This document shows, in pieces, positions 25,091 through 32,000 of a stretch of DNA of 32,000 bases (position 1 is the stretch's first letter; every line of letters begins with the position of its first letter). The notes under the pieces were generated by a model, which was given only the letters and a program-made list of their open reading frames with translations, was not told the origin of the DNA and made no database searches. This DNA is from Candidatus Heimdallarchaeota archaeon (lineage in GTDB: Archaea; Asgardarchaeota; Heimdallarchaeia; JABLTI01). Made by a program: the position numbers and the translations under genes. The stretch covers positions 1 through 32,000 of the forward strand of contig JAUWKS010000001.1 of NCBI GenBank assembly GCA_030614005.1, written 5' to 3'.

Positions 25091-26359
25091 TCACATACTA
25101 GCTGCAGTTTGCTGTTTCTTCCTTGTATAAAATAATATCAGTAATGTAATTGGTATTGTTAGTAAAGCAAAAAAGGCGACTCCTCCAATAAGAAAAACTA
25201 CTGAATAACTTGTAGCTACTATAATAAATTGAAAAATAATCGGTGAAAGAGATTCACCAAGATACCACATTGTATTATAGCCACTAACAACTTTTCCGCG
25301 ATTCTCAATGGTTGTATTACTCACAAGATACAAACTGAAATTTGGTAATAGAAAACCAATTCCTAATCCGCCAATTATCCCTGCTATTAGTAAAACAACA
25401 AAACTGTGAACAAAGGCTAATATCACAAATCCTATTCCCAACAAGCTAAACCCTAAAATCGAAATAATGTGGAAATTCAGATATTTCTTGTATAGTTTAT
25501 AGGTTGCTCCTGTTATAGCTGCTGCAACCATTGTCGCTGCCATTATAATACCTATTTGAAAACTAGTCATTTCTAACCCTAAATCTTCAATATAGAAGGA
25601 GATTTGAGACGGACCAAGATAATAGATAAACATTAATGCAAATATCAATGCATAACATATTGTGATAATCCATTTTGAACTTAAACCTTTAACATTAGCT
25701 GTATTTTCAGGCTCATGAGAATAACTCTCAATTGTTTTTGTTTCATCAATATCCTTTACTTCCCTTACATGTTTTTTAGGTTCAGGAAGGATAAAGATAG
25801 TTGTAGGAAGAAGCAATATTGGTAACAAGTACACAAGAAATGGATAATTCCACTTGACATCAAACAAAGCTCCACCAATTAAAGCAAGAGCAACTGATCC
25901 TAATGCTCCAATTGCAACTTGGAACCCAAGAATTCTATCTCGCTTCTCTCCATGGTAATAATCGCCAATAAGAGTTAAAATTGAATTCATATTACCCGCT
26001 GCAGCAATACCAAGAAAAGCTCGACTCACAATAATAACATACAAATTATCAACGAAAAATCCTATTGAACCAGAGATGACATAAAGAATTATTGAACTAA
26101 TCAAAACAGGCTTTCTTCCCCATTTATCTATAAGAAAACCAATAATAAGTGCAAAAAGAGCAAAAGTTATTGCTGGAACTGTAAAACTAAATTTCGTCAG
26201 AAATTCAGCATTCTCCATTACAACGAAATGATCTGAGATTTTCGATAATCCTGGTGATAAAGGTGTACCAATCATAACTGTTAATGTGCTCAGTAAAAGA
26301 AGAGTTACTTCTTGTAAAAATTCTCTAAAAGGGCTTTTACTCTTATCTTCATTAATCAA
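25091..26359 (-). CDS. Major facilitator superfamily transporter
   Basis: Twelve TMs; motif A GFLIDKWGRKP; SRAFLGIA, GDYYHGEKR and ENRGKVVSGY. TTG start with GGATGG upstream. Confidence 0.92.
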   Translation of the reverse strand: MINEDKSKSPFREFLQEVTLLLLSTLTVMIGTPLSPGLSKISDHFVVMENAEFLTKFSFTVPAITFALFALIIGFLIDKWGRKPVLISSIILYVISGSIGFFVDNLYVIIVSRAFLGIAAAGNMNSILTLIGDYYHGEKRDRILGFQVAIGALGSVALALIGGALFDVKWNYPFLVYLLPILLLPTTIFILPEPKKHVREVKDIDETKTIESYSHEPENTANVKGLSSKWIITICYALIFALMFIYYLGPSQISFYIEDLGLEMTSFQIGIIMAATMVAAAITGATYKLYKKYLNFHIISILGFSLLGIGFVILAFVHSFVVLLIAGIIGGLGIGFLLPNFSLYLVSNTTIENRGKVVSGYNTMWYLGESLSPIIFQFIIVATSYSVVFLIGGVAFFALLTIPITLLILFYTRKKQQTAASM

Positions 26360-26548
26360 ATAAATCCATCCAAATAGTTAGAAATGATATATTCTTCACA
26401 CAGTCACTTTACCTTAATAGTCTATCTCAGAATCTTCTATAAGAATCACCAAATGCAAATAATGAGAATTAGTGGTAAAAAATTATGATATTGAGCGCTT
26501 TAACGCAAAATACTTTGTCTAAAAGATTTTTTAAAAAAAGGAGGAAAA

Positions 26549-27241
26549 TTAAATTTCCTTTTTGTTTATTAGGAACTGGAATAATTTAGAGTCCATTAAT
26601 GAATAGAAAGATTGCTCAGTTCTAGCCTGAGAGATCAAATCTGAATTCAATGTTAATGCTTTTTCTAATGCGAATAATGCTTCATTTACTAGATAATTTT
26701 CAGAATACACTAATGCGAGTGTATACCATGAATCTACAGAATCTTTATCTAGAGCAATAGATCTTTCAAGAGAAGTTATTGCCTCATCGTGCAATCCTAG
26801 ATTATAATATGATAAAGATAAATTGTGCCAACCAACTTCATTGTGTGGTTCCTTTTCGCAGATTATTTCAAAAGCTTCCAATGAATCAGCATAATTTTCA
26901 AGAAGATAGGCTATTTCACCAAATTTACCAACTAGTTCTAAATTAGCTTTGGTTATTTGATACACTTTACGATAATAATGATACGCGTGTTCTAACTCAC
27001 CTAGAAGTTCATATGATTGAGCTATTCTTGCTAAGATTAGATGTTCCTCTTTTCTTCCTTTCTTTTTCAGTAATTTCTTCCAGCAATGAATTGCTTCAAA
27101 ATACTCTGCTTGTTTGAATAAAGCGTAGGCTAGGAAATCTAACAGATGAATTCTCTCAGGATGTTTTCTCAGAACTTGCTTATAAAAAGCAATTTCTGTT
27201 TCTCCATTCAGTTGCTGTTTTTCCAGCCTTCCTAGGGTCAT
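26549..27241 (-). CDS. Tetratricopeptide repeat protein
   Basis: Several TPR-like units (GWHNLSLSYYNLGLHDEAITSLERSIALD; SWYTLALVYSENYLVNEALFALEKALTLN). Confidence 0.88.
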   Translation of the reverse strand: MTLGRLEKQQLNGETEIAFYKQVLRKHPERIHLLDFLAYALFKQAEYFEAIHCWKKLLKKKGRKEEHLILARIAQSYELLGELEHAYHYYRKVYQITKANLELVGKFGEIAYLLENYADSLEAFEIICEKEPHNEVGWHNLSLSYYNLGLHDEAITSLERSIALDKDSVDSWYTLALVYSENYLVNEALFALEKALTLNSDLISQARTEQSFYSLMDSKLFQFLINKKEI

Positions 27242-27333
27242 GCGGCATCTATCCTGCTATGCCTTAATGCCATAACCAATTAAGAAATATTGAACTCCTT
27301 TCTCTTGCTTCATAATATGAATGGTCAGCGACC

Positions 27334-27349
27334 TATATAAACGTAGTTT
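27334..27349 (-). promoter_or_regulatory. Candidate BRE/TATA box for the TPR transcript
   Basis: Minus strand reads AAACTACG-TTTATATA; the TATA ends 20 nt before ATG 27313. Confidence 0.5.
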
Positions 27350-27453
27350 TACCTATGTTATATTCTTCAATTGAATTTTAACAAAAAAAATAGTTTTACA
27401 ACAATGGCAAATATATTTTTATAGTTATTTTTTCGAGTTTTATTGCGATTAAA

Positions 27454-27588
27454 ATGAAATTTGTACGTAGTCAATGTAAATTCTTTCGCGAAGAAAAAGG
27501 AAAAGTCTATTGCTGGATTACAGAAAAATCAGTTACTAAAGACACGCCTATATGCGATTTTAATTTTCAAATCAAAGTAGATAAATAA
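27454..27588 (+). CDS. 44-aa Cys-containing microprotein (not in the track)
   Basis: Manual translation gives MKFVRSQCKFFREEKGKVYCWITEKSVTKDTPICDFNFQIKVDK*. Three spaced Cys, each followed within two residues by an aromatic residue. Codon content is richer than the flanks. Confidence 0.5.
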   Translation: MKFVRSQCKFFREEKGKVYCWITEKSVTKDTPICDFNFQIKVDK

Positions 27589-27699
27589 TTCAAGATAGTT
27601 TTCGGTTTTAATCACTTAATCAATACTACTTCTTTTACAGTAAAAGTACGAAAATCATTAGAATTGAGTTTGAATTCAATGAAGTTGTTGTGAAAACAA

Positions 27700-28329
27700 A
27701 TGAATTATACACTAAGAAAAATGGACAATTATTCAAATTATTCAACAGTTCAACTAGTTAGAAGTTGGGTTCAAAATCAAAGCTTGCTAGTAAAAGTTTG
27801 GTTATCGATATTCTTTGCTGGTTTAACAGGATTATTCTCACAGCTTAGAATTTACTTACCTTGGACACCTATACCAATCACTTTGCAAACTGCTGCAGTA
27901 ATTATTAGTGGCCTTATTCTAGGAAAATTTTTTGGGCTCTTTTCACAAATGTTGTATCTATTAATTGGTTTTCTAGGTATGCCTTGGTTTGCGAATCAAC
28001 AAGGAGGTTATGAGATAATTATTGGTCCAACTGCAGGTTATCTTCTTGGTTTTCTTATCGCAAGTTTTGCCTCTGGTTGGTTTTCTGAAAAATTATCCCG
28101 AAAAAAAGTCAATTCTTGGTTATTTTTGACCTTAATGCTATTGATCAATTTTATTACCATTTATACCCCAGGATTAATTCATCTCTATCTTTGGTTTTCA
28201 ATTGGCAACTCTACACCAATTACAATAGTGAATTTATTTCTAATTGGATTCATTCCATTCATTATTGGGGATATCATTAAAATATCATTCATCACTATTG
28301 TTCACAGCAATGTATCAAAAGCTTTGTAG
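27700..28329 (+). CDS. bioY: Biotin transporter substrate-binding component BioY
   Basis: LPWTPIPITLQTAAV, YLLIGFLGMPWFA, GPTAGYLLGF and PFIIGDIIK. Alternative start at 27721. Confidence 0.92.
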   Translation: MNYTLRKMDNYSNYSTVQLVRSWVQNQSLLVKVWLSIFFAGLTGLFSQLRIYLPWTPIPITLQTAAVIISGLILGKFFGLFSQMLYLLIGFLGMPWFANQQGGYEIIIGPTAGYLLGFLIASFASGWFSEKLSRKKVNSWLFLTLMLLINFITIYTPGLIHLYLWFSIGNSTPITIVNLFLIGFIPFIIGDIIKISFITIVHSNVSKAL

Positions 28330-28342
28330 AGTGAAGTAACTT

Positions 28343-29242
28343 ATGAATGAAAATGTGCAAGTCGATCAACCGTTTTTTGGATCAACAACTGAAAGTCTAA
28401 ATTATGCCAATTTGTGTGTATTAGGCATTCCTTGGGATGCCTCATCATCATTTCGCAGAGGAGCAGCACAAGGACCAGAATATATTCGTCATGCAACTAC
28501 AGGGGCGTTATACAATTCCATCACAGAAACAAATCGAGATCTGAAACAAACTTGGCAAATCTTCGATATTGGAGATGCACCTATTTCCGAAGCAAATGAA
28601 ATGGATGCACGGAAAAAAATACTCAATATGATTCAGAAATACAACAAGTATGGAATGAAGTTCTTTTTCTTGGGAGGGGATCATCTCTCTACTTACTTTA
28701 CTTTCTATTCCCTGAAGAAATTAAACGATGTGCGGATAGGATTGATCTACTTAGATGCTCACCCAGATTTATATGACCAGTATAAAGGCAATCAATATTC
28801 TCATGCTTGTGTAGTAAAGCGAATAATTGATGAAACTAATATTGAACCTGAAACTATAACTCAAGTAGGCATTCGTTCAGCTACTTTGGAGCAGAAACAA
28901 CTTGCTGAACAATTGAAAATTAATACTATTTCGATTAAAGATTTGCAAGCCAATGGGGGATTCGCTACAGCACAACAAATTAAATCTCAATTGCCAGAAT
29001 ATCTTGATGGAGTGTATCTCTCTATTGATTTGGATGTATTAGATCCAGCATTCGCTCCTGGTGTCGGTAATCCCGAACCCGGCGGAGCAACTACTCGAGA
29101 GATAATTGATTTCATTCATGGTTTACAAGGCATCAATATTTTTGCTTTCGATGTTGTAGAGCTCTGTCCAAAATTTGATTATGCTGGCATATCTGCTTTA
29201 GCTGCTTCCAAGATTATTAAAGAGGTTTTAGGGATTCTATAG
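28343..29242 (+). CDS. speB: Agmatinase (ureohydrolase family)
   Basis: GIPWDASSSFRRGAAQGP, GGDHLS, YLDAHPDL, SHACV, VGIRS, SIDLDVLDPAFAPGVGNPEPGG and DVVELCP. Confidence 0.9.
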   Translation: MNENVQVDQPFFGSTTESLNYANLCVLGIPWDASSSFRRGAAQGPEYIRHATTGALYNSITETNRDLKQTWQIFDIGDAPISEANEMDARKKILNMIQKYNKYGMKFFFLGGDHLSTYFTFYSLKKLNDVRIGLIYLDAHPDLYDQYKGNQYSHACVVKRIIDETNIEPETITQVGIRSATLEQKQLAEQLKINTISIKDLQANGGFATAQQIKSQLPEYLDGVYLSIDLDVLDPAFAPGVGNPEPGGATTREIIDFIHGLQGINIFAFDVVELCPKFDYAGISALAASKIIKEVLGIL

Positions 29243-29310
29243 GATTTTCCTACTCCTCCTTTCCAAAATCAGAAAATTTTAGTAGCGTCTTGTTGAAAAT
29301 AGGAATCCAA

Positions 29311-29328
29311 GAAGCTCTTTTGAGCTTC
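29311..29328. terminator. Short hairpin between convergent speB and C-N hydrolase genes
   Basis: GAAGCTC-tttt-GAGCTTC (7-bp stem). Confidence 0.4.
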
Positions 29329-29545
29329 CTGTTTTGAATGTGCTTTTAACTACTTTCTTCAATATAACCACCAATTTTCCTTGATATAAGTTGTTCACAT
29401 TTTGTGTTAGAGTTAAAAAAAAATTATTTAACAAAAGGCTAGTTTTTAATTTAGGGAACAATAGAGAGAAGAGCAAAAAAGGTTGGTTTCTCAATTCTTA
29501 TCTTCTTTTTCGAGCATTTTCTTACTCTCTTCTAAACTCTTGAGT

Positions 29546-30349
29546 TTATTGAAGAGTGTTTATCCTTTGATCTTTTAGAACGGGTATTGATAAGCGAGCT
29601 TTGTTTAAAATTTCCGGGTGGAGAGTTGCGATAACCATTTGTTCATGATGACCTGCTCCAGCAATAATATTTCCGAGGGGATCAATAATCCTTGAAGACC
29701 CATAATAATGAATTACTTTCGGTTCCTTATCAACACCTAGTCTATTAACAGCAATATGATAGGAAGTATTCTCAAGAGCTCGTGCTGCTGCTAACAGATT
29801 GAAATGATGTAATCGAGCACTTGGCCATGCTGCAACTGTGATGAGCACTTCTGCTCCTTTTATAACCATGCTTTTAGCAACTTCTGGAAACCTCAAATCA
29901 TAACAGATAGATAATCCAACCATTGCTTTGTCATTGATGTTTACAGGATCAGAAACATCAGTTCCAGGTTGGAAGTAGTCTTTTTCATTTCCCCAGAGAT
30001 GTATTTTTTCATAAGAATAGATCATCCCCTTAGTCGGATGGAGAATGAAACCAATATTTTGAAAAGTATTCTTTTTCGGAGTAGTAGCCAGAATCGAACT
30101 AGCAATATTAATATTATATTCTTCACAAATTTTCCCAAGGAATTTCAAAGTTTGACTTGAATCAATTGCTTCTGCTAAACTTGAAAATTGACTATAAGCA
30201 AATCCAGTGCTGAATAATTCAGGTAAAACAACTAAGTCTATTTCTGAACGGTAATTTTTTGCTATCGCATTTTTTACTCTCTGAAGATTCTCCTCTTTCT
30301 TTGCAGGAGAGATTTCCATTTGATATATTGCAACAGTAAGTTCTTTCAT
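29546..30349 (-). CDS. Carbon-nitrogen hydrolase (nitrilase superfamily, omega-amidase/Nit-like)
   Basis: Catalytic triad motifs VLPELF, YEKIHLW and SICYDLRFPE; ARALEN; GSSRIIDPLG. GAGGA lies 7 nt before ATG 30349. Confidence 0.92.
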   Translation of the reverse strand: MKELTVAIYQMEISPAKKEENLQRVKNAIAKNYRSEIDLVVLPELFSTGFAYSQFSSLAEAIDSSQTLKFLGKICEEYNINIASSILATTPKKNTFQNIGFILHPTKGMIYSYEKIHLWGNEKDYFQPGTDVSDPVNINDKAMVGLSICYDLRFPEVAKSMVIKGAEVLITVAAWPSARLHHFNLLAAARALENTSYHIAVNRLGVDKEPKVIHYYGSSRIIDPLGNIIAGAGHHEQMVIATLHPEILNKARLSIPVLKDQRINTLQ

Positions 30350-30367
30350 AGTTTTTTCCTCATGCAA

Positions 30368-31162
30368 TTAGATTTTCAATTTCAGACCAACAGGGCAATG
30401 ATCTGAACCAGTGACATCTGGTAAAATATACGCATCAATAATTCTATCTTTTAAATCTTCAGTTACAAAGAAATAATCTAATCTCCAACCTATATTCCTC
30501 TCTCGAGCGTTTGTACGAACTGACCACCACGAATACTGTTCTGGTGCATCTTTGTGGATGTATCGAAAACTATCAATGTACCCCATTTCGACTACTTTAT
30601 CGAGCCATTCTCTTTCCATAGGTAAGAAGCCAGATATTTTTTCATTTGCTTTTGGTCTTGAAAGATCGATAGGCTTATGAGCGGTGTTCACATCTCCACA
30701 GAAAATAACTGATTTCCCTTCTTCTCTTTTCTTTTCGGTAAAACTTAGGAAGGCGTCATAGAAATCCATCTTATATTTTAGCCTCTCACTATTCTTTTTC
30801 CCATTTGGAAAATAAACATTGCAAATTACAATATTGGAATGTTCTATAGCAACAATTCTTCCTTCTTTATCCAATCGTTCTACGCCTATTTTATGTTCTA
30901 TGGTTGTTGGCTTTTCTTTCGAATAGGTTACTACTCCACTATACCCTTTCTTTTCAGCAGAACTCCAATGGCTCTGAAATCCCGGAGGATTGATCATTTC
31001 TTCGGTAACTTGTTCTGGATTAGCTTTTGTTTCTTGGAGACATAGAATATCAGGTGAAGTTTTATCTAACCAAGATAAAAAATTATTATCCTTATAGATT
31101 GTTTTTTTTGAGACAGCTCTAATACCATTAACATTCCATGAAAGCAATTCCAATGTTTTCAT
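30368..31162 (-). CDS. xth: Exodeoxyribonuclease III / AP endonuclease
   Basis: SWNVNGIRA, LCLQETK, KGYSGV, EGR, NVYFPNG, CGDVNTAH, SGFLPMER, YSWWS, GWRLDYF and GSDHCPV. Confidence 0.96.
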   Translation of the reverse strand: MKTLELLSWNVNGIRAVSKKTIYKDNNFLSWLDKTSPDILCLQETKANPEQVTEEMINPPGFQSHWSSAEKKGYSGVVTYSKEKPTTIEHKIGVERLDKEGRIVAIEHSNIVICNVYFPNGKKNSERLKYKMDFYDAFLSFTEKKREEGKSVIFCGDVNTAHKPIDLSRPKANEKISGFLPMEREWLDKVVEMGYIDSFRYIHKDAPEQYSWWSVRTNARERNIGWRLDYFFVTEDLKDRIIDAYILPDVTGSDHCPVGLKLKI

Positions 31163-31311
31163 ACAGACACTTCATATTCAATTTTGAACTGCTCATTAAT
31201 ATATCAATCAAATATAAAAATAAAATTGAGTTTTCAGTTGTGGTTACTAATCTTTGAGTAACAATACATTATCTTTTTAAGCTATATCCTCTACCGTAAA
31301 TTGGTGATTAT

Positions 31312-31671
31312 TTGACTAGACGTAGACGAACAAGAAGATATCATAGCATATACCAGATTGCAGAAGTCCTTGCTATTATCGCAGGAATCGTAGGTATCAT
31401 TATTGCTGTTCTCGGATTATTGAGTAGCGCACTTGGTGAATCATGGTTTTGGGATGGCACCTTCAGTTTCCTATCTGGTGTTCTCAATGTAATTTTAGCT
31501 ATAGTTTTTTCCGCATTAGTGCTACTTATTGGATTAGGAACGATATTCTGGGATATCAGAGGATTGGTTATTGGAATTATAGTGATCATTCTATCTATAT
31601 TCATGCCTGGTATTGCTTTAATCCTCGGAATTGTTTCGGGTGTACTTTTTATCGTAGCGGATATCGCTTGA
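31312..31671 (+). CDS. Small membrane protein (about 4 TM) with an Arg-rich N-terminus
   Basis: TTG start with GGTGA at 31303-31307; MTRRRRTRR followed by hydrophobic helices; T-tract downstream. Confidence 0.75.
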   Translation: MTRRRRTRRYHSIYQIAEVLAIIAGIVGIIIAVLGLLSSALGESWFWDGTFSFLSGVLNVILAIVFSALVLLIGLGTIFWDIRGLVIGIIVIILSIFMPGIALILGIVSGVLFIVADIA

Positions 31672-31742
31672 AGAATATTGAAGAAGATTTTTCTTTTTCA
31701 TTTTTTTCTTTTTCAGTCCTCGAAATGAATAATATAACAAAC

Positions 31743-31767
31743 TTTATAATAAGTTTGGATAACCTAA
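31743..31767 (+). promoter_or_regulatory. feoB promoter: TATA box overlapped by a DtxR/IdeR-like operator
   Basis: TTTATAAT at 31743-31750. ATAAGTTTGGATAACCTAA (31749-31767) matches the DtxR consensus TTAGGTTAGGCTAACCTAA at 15 of 19 positions by my count. Confidence 0.6.
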
Positions 31768-31816
31768 CAATATCAACAGTATAACATTCAAAATCCAAAG
31801 GAGATAAGCAAAATAG

Positions 31817-32000
31817 ATGGCAAGAATAGCTCTCATTGGAAATCCAAATGTTGGTAAAAGTGTAATTTTTAATGAGCTAACAGGATTAAATCAAACAATA
31901 GCCAATTTTCCAGGGTGCACTGTAGAGAAAAAAGAAGGTGAACTTTCACATGAAGATCAGATAATCGAAGTAATTGATTTACCTGGGATTTATTCTTTAT
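31817..32000 (+). CDS. feoB: Ferrous iron transport protein B, N-terminal G domain (runs off the window end)
   Basis: Manual translation gives [41 protein letters not shown]...[12 protein letters not shown], containing the G1, G2 and G3 motifs of FeoB. Confidence 0.95.
   Translation, partial: MARIALIGNPNVGKSVIFNELTGLNQTIANFPGCTVEKKEGELSHEDQIIEVIDLPGIYSL

Noticed and set aside
27360-27700. BirA operator upstream of bioY
   Set aside because: I could not find the two inverted TGTAAAC-type half-sites at the expected spacing; only partial AT-rich matches are present.
29243-29494. Track ORF 29279..29494 and a second minus-strand frame (CEQLISRKIGGYIEESS*KHIQNRKLKRASWIPIF...) as a decayed gene
   Set aside because: No credible start or ribosome site and no recognisable motif; one frame is interrupted by a stop. 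The region is explained by T/A tracts and a hairpin between convergent genes.
955-31784. Many 60-113 aa track ORFs overlapping larger genes (e.g. 955..1287, 3142..3411, 4715..5026, 6352..6672, 11442..11651, 17375..17620, 20500..20814, 31443..31784)
   Set aside because: They are antisense or off-frame shadows of well-supported genes, with low-complexity F/I/S/L composition and no motifs.
1-32000. Genome-wide TAG recoding (pyrrolysine code)
   Set aside because: Several full-length genes end at TAG exactly where their families end (oxidoreductase 1771, bioY 28329, speB 29242), and none of the long ORFs needs readthrough.
1-32000. tRNA, rRNA, transposase, integrase or prophage signatures
   Set aside because: No GC-rich cloverleaf or rRNA-like stretch occurs in any intergenic gap, and no ORF has DDE, tyrosine/serine recombinase or viral structural motifs that I can recognise.

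Overview
AT-rich (about 30% GC by eye) archaeal chromosomal window. An Asgard archaeon, probably Heimdallarchaeia-like, is the best fit. This is an inference from TATA/BRE promoters, GGTGA/GAGG ribosome sites, the archaeal DUF61 gene, a membrane-anchored RING protein and several sequon-rich, C-terminally anchored surface proteins. About 32 genes are supported: redox enzymes (mycothione-reductase-like flavoprotein, Old Yellow Enzyme, Fe-ADH), amide/guanidino hydrolases (M20, DDAH, agmatinase, C-N hydrolase), transporters (ABC-2 exporter, MFS, BioY, FeoB, orphan family-5 binding protein), exonuclease III, an orphan adenine methyltransferase and cell-surface proteins. I found no rRNA, tRNA, CRISPR array, integrase or transposase, and no single multi-gene novel system stands out. 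The strongest oddities are: a circularly permuted, doubly anchored OppA/DppA-family binding protein; a two-TM RING protein with a C4-H2-C2 ligand pattern; an AGGTCACT repeat array upstream of an ABC exporter whose only ATPase has Gln in place of the H-switch His; a DtxR-like box on the feoB promoter; a promoter-proximal short ORF in frame with the TPR gene across one TAG; and two small ORFs missed by the track. All family calls come from motif recognition, not database searches.
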